The notes below the pieces were generated by a model. The model did no database searches, was not told where the DNA came from, and saw only the letters and a program-made list of their open reading frames with translations. From Pseudomonadota bacterium (GTDB taxonomy: Bacteria; Pseudomonadota; Alphaproteobacteria; Rhodospirillales; Rhodospirillaceae), in contig JAIUPE010000002.1 of the NCBI GenBank assembly GCA_020160875.1, positions 84 to 64,083 on the forward strand: a stretch of DNA of 64,000 nt. Reading direction: 5' to 3'. A program made the position numbers and the translations under genes. Below are positions 38,996 through 47,936 of the stretch, piece by piece; positions within the stretch are counted from its first letter, which is position 1, and every line of letters begins with the position of its first letter.

Positions 38996-40630
38996 ATGAA
39001 CACCGCGCGCGACCGTTTTGTCGCCTTCGCCTTTTGTTGGGCCGACATCCTGATCGAGCTGGATCCGCAGCAGCGGATTTCTTTTGCCGTGGGCGCGACC
39101 AAGGCTCTCCTGGGCCTCGGCCCGGAAGGCCTGATCGGCCGCAATTTCATGGACATCGTCTCGCCGAAGGACCGCGTCCTCGTCGACCAGCTCCTGCACA
39201 TGACGGCCAAGAAGGGCCGCATCGACAACGTCAAAGTGAAGCTTCAGGGCGCGAAGGGTCTGACGGCGCCTTTGGGGTTCGCCGGCTATGTCATGCCGGA
39301 CCTGAAAGACCATTTCTTCCTAGCCTTCCGCACTCAGGCGCACCTCACCGAGAAGGGCGAGGCCGAACAGGGCGTTGCGCGTGACAAGGGCACCGGCCTT
39401 CTGACCGGCGATTCCTTCTCCCAGCTCGCGGTCGAGAAACTGAAAGCCGCCGGCCCCAACGCCGAGCTGACTCTCGTCAATCTGCCGGGCTTCGAAGCCC
39501 TCGCCGATAGCCTCGACGAGGAAGAGCGCGAACACCTGCTCACCACCGTCGGCACCACGCTGCGCGCCAACTCGCTCGGCGGGGATTCCGCCGGTGAAGT
39601 CGGTGAAGGCAAGTTCGGGATCGTCGCCGAAAAGGGCATGGACGTCGCCGCCCTCGAAGCCAAGCTGACCGAAGCCACCAAGGCCTTTGATCCGACCGGC
39701 AAGGGCGTGGTCGCGCAGGCCGGCACGGTTGAGGTCGATATCGCGGGCGTCGACGAAGCCGACCTTGCGAAAGGCCTCGTCTACACCATCAATCATTTCA
39801 AGGAACAGGTCGGCGACGCCTTCAATGTGAAGGACATTGCCGCCAACATGAACAAGCTGGTTCAGGAGACCGTCGAGTCCCTGAACAAGTTCCGTAATCT
39901 CGTCGGCGGCAACGACTTCCAGGTCGCGTTCCATCCGATCTTCGACGCGCGCACCGGCGCCGTCCATCACTATGAAGCGCTCGTGCGCTTCAACGGGAAT
40001 TTCGAGGAAAGCCCCTACAAGTACATCACCTTCGCCGAAGAGACCGGCCTGATCACCGAGTTCGACATCGCCATGGCGCGCAAGTGCGTCGATTGGCTGC
40101 GCAAGAACCGCGCCGACAAGGTCTCCATCGCCGTGAACATCTCAGGGATGTCCGTCGGCAACGATCAGTACTCCAAACAGCTCCACGCGATGCTCGACGC
40201 CGATACCTGGCTCAGCAATTTCCTGGTGTTCGAGATCACTGAATCCGCGCGCGTCGCCGACCTCGCGCAGGCCAATAATTTCGTGCAAGCCTTGCGTAAG
40301 AAAGGTTTCCATGTGTGCCTGGACGATTTCGGCGCCGGCGCCGCCAGCTTCCAATATCTCTCGGTGTTGGAGGTCGACGTTGTGAAGCTTGATGGCAGCG
40401 CCGTGAAAAACGCGCAAGCCGCGCCCAAAGGCCGCGCCTTCCTGAAAGCGCTCACCACGCTCTGCAAGACCATGGACGTCGAAACCATCGCTGAGATGGT
40501 CGACACGAAGGAAGGCCTCGAATTCGTACGCGATTGCGGCGTCGAATACGTGCAGGGCTTCCTGTTCGGCAAACCCGATCCGGATCCGTGGAGCTTCATC
40601 AAGAAGCTCGACCGCAGACTGTTCGCTTAG
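38996..40630 (+). CDS. PAS-like / degenerate GGDEF / EAL domain protein (putative c-di-GMP phosphodiesterase)
   Basis: EAL domain 'YEALVRF', 'EITESA' and 'LDDFGAGAASFQYL'. The central GGDEF-like region has 'GEGKFG' in place of GGDEF. Confidence 0.8.
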   Translation: MNTARDRFVAFAFCWADILIELDPQQRISFAVGATKALLGLGPEGLIGRNFMDIVSPKDRVLVDQLLHMTAKKGRIDNVKVKLQGAKGLTAPLGFAGYVMPDLKDHFFLAFRTQAHLTEKGEAEQGVARDKGTGLLTGDSFSQLAVEKLKAAGPNAELTLVNLPGFEALADSLDEEEREHLLTTVGTTLRANSLGGDSAGEVGEGKFGIVAEKGMDVAALEAKLTEATKAFDPTGKGVVAQAGTVEVDIAGVDEADLAKGLVYTINHFKEQVGDAFNVKDIAANMNKLVQETVESLNKFRNLVGGNDFQVAFHPIFDARTGAVHHYEALVRFNGNFEESPYKYITFAEETGLITEFDIAMARKCVDWLRKNRADKVSIAVNISGMSVGNDQYSKQLHAMLDADTWLSNFLVFEITESARVADLAQANNFVQALRKKGFHVCLDDFGAGAASFQYLSVLEVDVVKLDGSAVKNAQAAPKGRAFLKALTTLCKTMDVETIAEMVDTKEGLEFVRDCGVEYVQGFLFGKPDPDPWSFIKKLDRRLFA

Positions 40631-40636
40631 TTCCTC

Positions 40637-40817
40637 AGAACCAAACCAGCTTTCCCGTCAGATCGCGATGATCGAAGCTCGCGATGCACGACCGCGGGCG
40701 GTCCGAAAAAGTGTGAAGCGGTTTTTCGATAAGGCCGCGCGCAAATAAAGAAACGCTGTCTAGAACCAGACGAGCTTTCCCGTCAGATCGCGATGATCGA
40801 AGCTCGCGATGCACGAC
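40637..40817. repeat. 56-bp direct duplication (40637-40692 and 40762-40817, 2 mismatches) flanking a 69-bp insert
   Basis: Both copies contain the last 17 codons plus the stop of the small membrane-protein gene. The insert resembles the 37.7-kb repeat. Confidence 0.85.
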
Positions 40818-40996
40818 AGCGCGCCCAGTGTGCCGGCCGCCAGCGCCATCGCCCCGATGCCCCACGACGGCAGGACCATGCCGCGTGACACGACATCCGC
40901 GCCGATCACAGCGATGAACGGCATGGCGGCGAAGGAATAGGCGCGGCATTTCCACCGCAGAACGGCGGCTTTCAGCGTCGCGATCGAATCGGTCAT
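40760..40996 (-). CDS. Small hypothetical membrane protein (78 aa)
   Basis: Two hydrophobic segments. Start at 'MTDSIATLK' (cat at 40994-40996). The 3' end is duplicated downstream. Confidence 0.55.
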   Translation of the reverse strand: MTDSIATLKAAVLRWKCRAYSFAAMPFIAVIGADVVSRGMVLPSWGIGAMALAAGTLGALSCIASFDHRDLTGKLVWF

Positions 40997-41083
40997 TGGG
41001 AATCCCCACAAGGTTAGTCGCCCCAAGGCCTGTGATAGAGCCGCGTGGGGCGGGGGCCAAGTGACAAACCTACGTAAGGGTTT

Positions 41084-41536
41084 TCACGCTTTTTGCGCGT
41101 AAGTCTTGATCTTCTCCACCATCGACACCAACCCATTGCGGCGGCTGGGGCTCAGATGCTGATCGAGGCCAAGCGCGTGAAAAGCGGTTTCCGTATCGGT
41201 TGAACCGATCTCCATCGGCGTCTTTCCCGAGAACAGGATGCCGAGCACCGCGATCAGTCCTTTGACGATATGGGCGTCGCTGTCGGCGGCGAAGGCGAAT
41301 CGGCTTGGATCGCCGTTCGGATGGCCCGGCACCATCCACACCTGGCTCATGCAGCCGCGCACCTTGTTTGCTTCGGTCTTCAACGCGTCCGGAAAGGCCG
41401 GCAGCTTGCGGCCCAGGTCGATCAGGTAGCGGTAACGGTCTTCCCAGTCGTCAAATAAGGCAAAGTTCTCGGTGAGCTCGGTAAAGCTCATGTCCGGGAC
41501 GATCATGGGGGCGGATGTAGTGACGGGGTCGTTCAT
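41084..41536 (-). CDS. sufE: SufE-family cysteine desulfuration protein
   Basis: 'DWEDRYRYLIDLG' and 'NKVRGCMSQVW' (active-site Cys). Confidence 0.85.
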   Translation of the reverse strand: MNDPVTTSAPMIVPDMSFTELTENFALFDDWEDRYRYLIDLGRKLPAFPDALKTEANKVRGCMSQVWMVPGHPNGDPSRFAFAADSDAHIVKGLIAVLGILFSGKTPMEIGSTDTETAFHALGLDQHLSPSRRNGLVSMVEKIKTYAQKA

Positions 41537-41627
41537 GGAAATCGCAAATTCATCAAGGCTACGCTTTTGATCGAACGCCGTTATAGTACAAGTATAACTT
41601 GTCCGGGGCGGTGGTCATTCGCTCCGG

Positions 41628-43304
41628 GTGCAGAGGGGAGCGGTAATGCCTGACGGCCAGAGCGGCGTTGTGGAGAGTTTAGCGGAGGGCGTCAATGTTG
41701 AACGCGCGCCGTTGGTGGCTCCAATCTTCTCCACACCTCAGTACGAACGGCCCTCCTACGTCCTCGAAGATTTTAAGTGGGGCAGCGGCCCGCGCGGCAC
41801 CACGGGCGGCACCATCACTTGGGCGATCGTGACCACCGGCCAGACCTATCCGGCCAATGCCGAATACACCAGCCAGGCCACACCCATCTCGTCGGTCTTC
41901 ATGCCGACCATCCGCGCGGCCTTTTCGCGCTGGGACGCGGTCGGCAACTTCACCTTCGTCGAAACGACTTCGCCGATGACCGCCGACATGGTGGTCATCT
42001 TCGACGAGTTGCAGGCTCAAAGCTCGGACACCGTGGGCCTTGCCAATACGTGGTCTCAAGGCAGTGAGGTCACCAACTCATACATCTCGTTCGATATCGG
42101 GCGTCGTTACCGGCTGATGGACGGTTCTGTCCAAACCGTCGGCACCAGTTCGTCCGACGGTTCGGTCGATTTTTACACGCTCGTTCTTCACGAGGTCGGG
42201 CATGCGCTGGGCCTCGACCACGAGGATAACCAACAGTCGGTGATGAGCGCATCGCAGAGAACCGACATTACCGATCTTACGGCTGATGATATCAGCGCGA
42301 TCCACGCCATATACGGCACGCCGAGCGGGGACGATTTTTCGGCAACCACCGCGACGACGGGCGTCGCCGTCGTGGGCTCCACGGTCACGGGCAGCATCGA
42401 AACCGCGGGCGATACCGATTGGATCCGCGTGACCCTCACAGCGGGGACTCTGTACCGCTTCGACGGACGTGGCAGCGCGTCCAGCGGCGGCACGCTCGCC
42501 GATCCCGCGCTGCAGCTCCTGAATGCGGCGGGGACCGTTCTTATCGCCGACAACGATAGTGGTCCGGGCGCGGACGCGCGAATCATGTTCAAGGCCGTCA
42601 CGTCGGGGACTTATTACCTCGCCATGCGGGCCAACACATCCACGGCCACCGGCACCTACACCATCGCCGCGACGGCAAACCCGGACGACTACGCGGCCTC
42701 AACGGCGACGGCCGGCACTGTCGCCGTGGGCGGTACGGCCACCGGCATCGTCGAAACCGCCGGCGATCGCGACTGGTTCCGAGTCACGCTCACCGCGGGC
42801 ACCGCATACAACATCCAAGTCTCCGGCACGGCCACGGGCAGCGCGCTACGTTGGACGGACTCGAACGTGGTGCTGCGCAATGCCGACGGTACGCAGGTGG
42901 GCGCGAATACGCGCAGCAGCCTGGGCGCCTCCGCGCTCCTCACCTATACACCGACTAGCACCGGCACCTATTACATCGATGCCTTAGCCTACAGTTCGGG
43001 TATTGGCAGCTATTCGGTTTCCGTTGCGCCCGCCAGCGCGGCGCAAGCAAGCGCACTGACGGCCGGCGATCTCGCCGTCGTGACGGCGCCGCCCGCGATC
43101 TCTCTCGATGAACTGCCCACGCAAGTCGCGCGCTCGACGACGGTTTTTGTGGAAGGTCCTTTGAGCGCCATTCTCACGCCACCGCCCGCAGATTTGTTCT
43201 CGCTGCCCGCAGAACAGCAGAATACATTCATGGCTGGCCACACGCCGTTCGAGCAACTCCTTCAGCAGCAGCCGAGCACGGGTTACAATCTCCTGCCGTT
43301 CTAG
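41628..43304 (+). CDS. M10 (matrixin/serralysin-like) zinc metalloprotease with 2 PPC-like repeats and conserved C-terminal tail
   Basis: 'HEVGHALGLDHE' at 42189-42224, with 'SVMS' downstream. Two ~117-aa repeats carry 'GDxDWxRVTLTAG...DSG...GTYY'. The likely true start is ATG at 41646 ('MPDGQSGV'), which is shared with the paralog. Confidence 0.8.
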   Translation: MQRGAVMPDGQSGVVESLAEGVNVERAPLVAPIFSTPQYERPSYVLEDFKWGSGPRGTTGGTITWAIVTTGQTYPANAEYTSQATPISSVFMPTIRAAFSRWDAVGNFTFVETTSPMTADMVVIFDELQAQSSDTVGLANTWSQGSEVTNSYISFDIGRRYRLMDGSVQTVGTSSSDGSVDFYTLVLHEVGHALGLDHEDNQQSVMSASQRTDITDLTADDISAIHAIYGTPSGDDFSATTATTGVAVVGSTVTGSIETAGDTDWIRVTLTAGTLYRFDGRGSASSGGTLADPALQLLNAAGTVLIADNDSGPGADARIMFKAVTSGTYYLAMRANTSTATGTYTIAATANPDDYAASTATAGTVAVGGTATGIVETAGDRDWFRVTLTAGTAYNIQVSGTATGSALRWTDSNVVLRNADGTQVGANTRSSLGASALLTYTPTSTGTYYIDALAYSSGIGSYSVSVAPASAAQASALTAGDLAVVTAPPAISLDELPTQVARSTTVFVEGPLSAILTPPPADLFSLPAEQQNTFMAGHTPFEQLLQQQPSTGYNLLPF

Positions 43305-43397
43305 CGGCGCCCGTCGCCGGCATTCGTAATTTCTTCCCAACGGTTGTTTCCGGGAATAGATTTGCTGCCGTTCTAAAGTAGGGGCTCGCTATCGCGG

Positions 43398-46300
43398 GTG
43401 GCGGAGCGGGGGAGCAGGATGCCTGACGGTCAGAGCGGCGTTCCGGAAACCTTCGATTACGACGTCAATGTCGTAAGTTTTCCGCTTGTCGCGCCCATCG
43501 CGGTCACGCCTCAATATGAGCGCCCGGCCTACGTGCCCGAAAACTACAAATGGGGCAGCGCCGCTGTCGGCACCTCCGGCGGAACAATCACATGGGCGGT
43601 TGTCTCCGCGGGCCAGACTTATCCTTCCAGCGAGTATACGTCGGCGGCGACGGCGATCGGCTCGGTGTTCATGCCGACCATCCGCGCGGCATTCTCGCGC
43701 TGGGACGAAGTCGGCAATTTCACCTTTGTTGAATCCTCGAACCCCATGACGGCCGATATCGTCGTCATGTTCGACGAGCTGTCGGGCGAGGGATCCAGCA
43801 CTATCGGTCTTGCGCATACCTATTACAGCGCCGGCGTGGTGCGCGATTCCTATATCTCCTTCGACATCGGGCGGCGCTATCGCCTCACTGACGGCACGGT
43901 GCAGATCGTCGGATCGCCCACCTCTTCGAGCACATCGGACTTTTATACGCTAGTTCTGCACGAGGTCGGTCACGCCCTCGGCCTCGACCACGAGGACGAT
44001 TTCCCCACCGTGATGGGGTCCTTCCAGAACTCCAGCATCACGGATCTCACCAGCGACGAGATCAACGGCATCCGCTATCTCTACGGAACGCCGGGCGGCG
44101 CCGGCACCGACGACTGGGGCGGGACGACGGCCACGACCGGCGCGATCATTGTCGGCGCATCGGTGATCGGGAATATCGAAACCGCCGGCGATAGCGACTG
44201 GTTTCGTGTCACGCTGACCGCCGGGGTCACGTATCAATTCGACATGCTGGGCGGCAGTTCGCTCACCGACCCCTTCCTGAACCTGCGCAATTCAAGCGGC
44301 GTCGTCGTGGGCAGCGACGATGATTCCGGCGACGGTCTCAATGCCAGACTGGTTTATACGCCGACGAGCAGTGGTGTCTACTTTGTGGACGCGCGCTCGG
44401 CGTCGGCCTCGGGCACCGGCTTCTACGGTGTGCTCGTCACGCAATCGAGCACCAGCAATCCCAACCCCAGCGACGATTACGCCGGAAGCACATCAACGAC
44501 CGGCACGATTGCCGTGGGTGGAACGGTCAACGGCAATATTGAAGTCGGCGATGATCGCGACTGGTTCCGCGTCACGTTGGCCGCTGGCACCACGTATCGC
44601 GTCGATCTCAACGGCGGCACGCTCGCCGACCCGCTCCTCTATATCCGTAACTCCAGCGGCACGAGCGTCGCTAGCGACGACGATTCCGGCACGGGCCTCA
44701 ACGCGTCTCTCAGTTACACACCGACCACGACGGGCACCTATTACATCGACGCTCAGGGTGCGACGTTGTCGGGCACGGGCACTTACACCTTGAGTCTTAC
44801 GCAAACCAGTGCGGCGGACGACTACACGGCTTCAACAAGTACCACCGGCAGTGTCACCGTTGGTGGCACCGCGACTGGCCGCATCGAAACTGGTGGAGAC
44901 CGCGATTGGTTCCGCGTCAGTTTGACGGCCGGAGCCACGTACCGCTTCGATGTGCGTGGAATCGATACGTCCGGCGGTACGCTGTCGGATCCCTACCTTA
45001 CCTTGCGGGATTCGAACGGCACGCTGCTGGGCAGCGACGACGATTCCGGAACAATTCTGGATGCGCAGCTCTCCTACACAGCGACAACGAGCGGCACGTA
45101 CTATGTCGAAGCGCGCGCTTCGGGCTCGACCGGCACTGGCACTTACACAGTCGGCGTGACGCAGACGGGTACCGGTACAGGCGGCCCTGACGATTTCGGC
45201 CAGACAGCGAGCACCGCCGGCATCCTTTCTGTCGGGCAAATCCGTACGGGCACCTTCGAGAACAATCAGGATCAGGATTGGTTCGCCGCGACCTTGACCG
45301 CGGGGACCCCTTACCACATCCAGGTTCGTGGACGCGACACGGGCGGCGGCACGATGGTCAATCCGTCGTTGTCGATCTACACCTCCACGGGCCTTATTCG
45401 CTTTGATTCGGATTCCGGATTCGGCGCCGACGCGTTTCTCAGTTTCACCCCAACCTCTACGGGCATCTACTATATCGCTCCCGAAGCGCTCTTCGCGGGA
45501 ACGGGCACCTATACCGTTCAGCTTGTCGAAGCTATTGGTGGCGATGACGCTTGGAACTCCGCCCTTTCATCCGTGGTGCTGCCGGTCGGTCTGACGTTCG
45601 CCGGAAATATCGGCAACAGCTTCGATACGGACTACATCCACGTCGATATGGTCGCGGGCACGACGTATCAGATCGACGTGCGGGGTGCGGCATCTGGGGT
45701 CGGGACGCTTTCCGATCCCTATTTGTCCATTTTGAAGCCCAACACGTTCTCCGCCGATAAAGTCGACAACGACAGCGGTACGGGCGCCGATGCTCAGCTT
45801 ATCTATACGGCGACGGTAACAGGGCGGCATGACCTGGCCGTGGAGGCCATTGGCGGGGCTTTGGGCTCCTACGTCGTATCTGTCGTGCCGACAACAGCGC
45901 CGCCGGCACAAGATTATCCAGCTACCGTTGCAACGACCGGCGTCGTGAATGTAGGGGGCACGCTCAGCAGCACCATTGACCAAGCCGCCGACGTCGATTG
46001 GATCCGCGTGAACCTCACCGCCGGAACGCTCTACCGGTTCGACGCGCGCGGCAGCGCCTCCGGCGGCGGGACTTTGGCCGACCCGGCGCTGCAGCTTCTC
46101 AATTCCAGCGGCACGGTGCTTGCCAGTGACAGCGATAGCGGGACAGGTGTGGACTCGCGCATCATGTTCCAGGCTACCACGTCCGGAAGCTATTACCTCG
46201 CGGCGCGCTCCAATTCATCGACGGCCACAGGGACCTACACCATCGCCGCGACCGCGAGTCCCGACGACTACGCCGCCAACACGGGCACGACGGGCACGCT

Positions 46301-46907
46301 GACGGTCGGCGGTACGGCCCATGGACTTTTGGAGACGTCGGGAGATCGCGATTGGTTCCGTGTCTCGCTGACGGCGAACACGACCTACACCATCAGCCTT
46401 TCCGGAACAGCGCTCGGAAACGCCCTGCGCTGGACGGAATCGTCGTTCTACGTACGCAATGGCAGCGGCTTCCAGCTCGCCACGGCGTCGAGCAGTGGTC
46501 TCGGCGCGTCCGCGGTTCTGACCTACACCGCTTCGACGACGGGCACCTATATCATCGACACGCAGGCTTACAGCAGCGGCGTTGGCAGCTATACCGTATC
46601 GATCGCGACGGGCCGCGCGCAGCAAGCCGATATGCAGCCCGCGATCGGCGAAGAGACAGACCTGTCGGCGGCCGATCTCGCCGCGATCATGGCGCCGCCT
46701 GCGATCATGCTCGACGAGCCGCCCGTGCAAATGGCGCGGTCCATCACGGTGTTGGCGGAAGACCCCTTGAGCGTGATACTTACGCCGCCGCCGGCGAACC
46801 TGTTTCAGCCGCCCACGGCGCCGCAGAATCCGTTCATGGCGAACACACCGCTCGATCAATTATTCCAGCAGCAGCTTAGCAACTCTTACAACCTGCTGCC
46901 GTTTTAA
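43398..46907 (+). CDS. M10 (matrixin/serralysin-like) zinc metalloprotease with 7 PPC-like repeats and conserved C-terminal tail
   Basis: 'HEVGHALGLDHE' at 43959-43994. Seven ~119-aa repeats. The likely start is ATG at 43419. The N-terminal and catalytic regions are closely similar to the upstream paralog. Confidence 0.8.
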   Translation: MAERGSRMPDGQSGVPETFDYDVNVVSFPLVAPIAVTPQYERPAYVPENYKWGSAAVGTSGGTITWAVVSAGQTYPSSEYTSAATAIGSVFMPTIRAAFSRWDEVGNFTFVESSNPMTADIVVMFDELSGEGSSTIGLAHTYYSAGVVRDSYISFDIGRRYRLTDGTVQIVGSPTSSSTSDFYTLVLHEVGHALGLDHEDDFPTVMGSFQNSSITDLTSDEINGIRYLYGTPGGAGTDDWGGTTATTGAIIVGASVIGNIETAGDSDWFRVTLTAGVTYQFDMLGGSSLTDPFLNLRNSSGVVVGSDDDSGDGLNARLVYTPTSSGVYFVDARSASASGTGFYGVLVTQSSTSNPNPSDDYAGSTSTTGTIAVGGTVNGNIEVGDDRDWFRVTLAAGTTYRVDLNGGTLADPLLYIRNSSGTSVASDDDSGTGLNASLSYTPTTTGTYYIDAQGATLSGTGTYTLSLTQTSAADDYTASTSTTGSVTVGGTATGRIETGGDRDWFRVSLTAGATYRFDVRGIDTSGGTLSDPYLTLRDSNGTLLGSDDDSGTILDAQLSYTATTSGTYYVEARASGSTGTGTYTVGVTQTGTGTGGPDDFGQTASTAGILSVGQIRTGTFENNQDQDWFAATLTAGTPYHIQVRGRDTGGGTMVNPSLSIYTSTGLIRFDSDSGFGADAFLSFTPTSTGIYYIAPEALFAGTGTYTVQLVEAIGGDDAWNSALSSVVLPVGLTFAGNIGNSFDTDYIHVDMVAGTTYQIDVRGAASGVGTLSDPYLSILKPNTFSADKVDNDSGTGADAQLIYTATVTGRHDLAVEAIGGALGSYVVSVVPTTAPPAQDYPATVATTGVVNVGGTLSSTIDQAADVDWIRVNLTAGTLYRFDARGSASGGGTLADPALQLLNSSGTVLASDSDSGTGVDSRIMFQATTSGSYYLAARSNSSTATGTYTIAATASPDDYAANTGTTGTLTVGGTAHGLLETSGDRDWFRVSLTANTTYTISLSGTALGNALRWTESSFYVRNGSGFQLATASSSGLGASAVLTYTASTTGTYIIDTQAYSSGVGSYTVSIATGRAQQADMQPAIGEETDLSAADLAAIMAPPAIMLDEPPVQMARSITVLAEDPLSVILTPPPANLFQPPTAPQNPFMANTPLDQLFQQQLSNSYNLLPF
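44109..46610 (+). repeat. Seven tandem in-frame ~357-nt coding repeats (PPC / pre-peptidase C-terminal-like domains)
   Basis: Each unit reads 'DDY(A/G)xST(S/A)TTGx(I/V)xVGGTxxGxIExxGDRDWFRV(T/S)LTAG(T/A)TY...DDDSG(T/D)G...YT(P/A)T(T/S)(T/S)GTYY...GTGTYT'. Confidence 0.85.
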
Positions 46908-46912
46908 ACCTC

Positions 46913-47338
46913 ATGATCCCAGTCACGCCGACTCTCTCCCTCGACGACAGCGAGATCGAACTCTCCTTCATCCGCTCCAGCGGCCCCGGCGGCCAGAACG
47001 TCAACAAGGTCGCGACGGCCGTGCAGCTGCGCTTCGATGCGCGCCGCTCGCCTTCGCTTCCCAATGACGTCGCGATCAGGTTGATGGCGCTGGCAGGAAA
47101 ACGTGCGACTACGGATGGGGTGATCGTCATCACCGCCAATCGCCACCGCACCCAGGAAATGAACCGCAAAGACGCCATCGACCGGCTTGTGGAAATGATC
47201 GTCAAGGCGACGCATGCCCCTAAGCGCCGCGTTGCGACCAAGGTCAGCAAAGGCCAGAAGAAGCAGCGTCTCGAAGGCAAGAAGAAGCGCAGCGGCGTGA
47301 AGGCGGGCCGGCGCGTCGGTGCGGGCGACTGGGATTAG
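46913..47338 (+). CDS. arfB: Alternative ribosome-rescue factor ArfB (YaeJ peptidyl-tRNA hydrolase)
   Basis: GGQ motif 'SSGPGGQNVNKV' and a basic C-terminal tail 'KGQKKQRLEGKKKRSGVK'. Confidence 0.9.
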   Translation: MIPVTPTLSLDDSEIELSFIRSSGPGGQNVNKVATAVQLRFDARRSPSLPNDVAIRLMALAGKRATTDGVIVITANRHRTQEMNRKDAIDRLVEMIVKATHAPKRRVATKVSKGQKKQRLEGKKKRSGVKAGRRVGAGDWD

Positions 47339-47377
47339 GCCTTCGGATTGGCATAGGCTGCTGCGATGCTCGCCTAG

Positions 47378-47506
47378 CTAGTCGAAGCCATATGTCATGA
47401 ATACATATAAGGCGATGACCATCACGACACAGATAACGGCGCCTATAAAGGTTCCTTTGAGGAGCGGCCCTCGAACCTTCGTTGCGTATTCCTCGTCAGC
47501 TCTCAT
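47378..47506 (-). CDS. 42-codon hydrophobic small ORF (candidate)
   Basis: Not in the ORF track because it is under 60 aa. Sequence: MRADEEYATKVRGPLLKGTFIGAVICVVMVIALYVFMTYGFD. GGGGAG lies 4 nt upstream of the ATG. It is 29 nt downstream of, and co-directional with, the 131-aa ORF. Confidence 0.35.
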   Translation of the reverse strand: MRADEEYATKVRGPLLKGTFIGAVICVVMVIALYVFMTYGFD

Positions 47507-47535
47507 TTTGCTCCCCGAGGTTCGTCACTTGCGGG

Positions 47536-47931
47536 CTAAAGCCAAGGCAATCGTCGTTCCCGACAAGCTATCTGCTTGTCCGGTTGGATGGTGAGCGCGA
47601 CAACGTCAATGCTTATGAAAGTTTCGTAACCGCAACGTTGTTCGATCGGCGAACCATTATTCTGTAAGCGGGCGAAAGCCCACCCCTCCGGACGAACGAA
47701 ACCAATAAACCACTTCGAGCGTCCACCATCGAGAGCGCCCTCCCATCTGAGGTCCTGCTCAAACCCGATCTCCACTCCGTCGAGCTTTTCATACCCGTCG
47801 TTCTTTACGATCGCGAAAAGCAGGCCGTCAAAGCAGATGTAGATTGTTGCCAGCAGCAGGGCCGTGACAACGGCATGTCGAAACCCGCGACTCCCAATGA
47901 GTGGCGGTTTACCCGTGTCGTTGACGCTCAT
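47536..47931 (-). CDS. Hypothetical single-pass membrane protein (131 aa)
   Basis: One TM helix 'AVVTALLLATIYICFDGLLFAIV'. The gene is AT-rich and starts 5 nt after the upstream gene's stop. Confidence 0.6.
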   Translation of the reverse strand: MSVNDTGKPPLIGSRGFRHAVVTALLLATIYICFDGLLFAIVKNDGYEKLDGVEIGFEQDLRWEGALDGGRSKWFIGFVRPEGWAFARLQNNGSPIEQRCGYETFISIDVVALTIQPDKQIACRERRLPWL

Positions 47932-47936
47932 ATTGC

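Noticed and set aside
44109-46610. RTX / calcium-binding nonapeptide repeats in the large protease
   Set aside because: No GGxGxDxUx nonapeptides are present. The ~119-aa periodicity and the 'GDxDWFRV' motif fit PPC-type beta-sandwich domains instead.
47397-47594. 65-aa plus-strand ORF in the AT-rich islet
   Set aside because: It overlaps the better-supported minus-strand small ORF and the end of the 131-aa gene. It has no SD and an odd composition.
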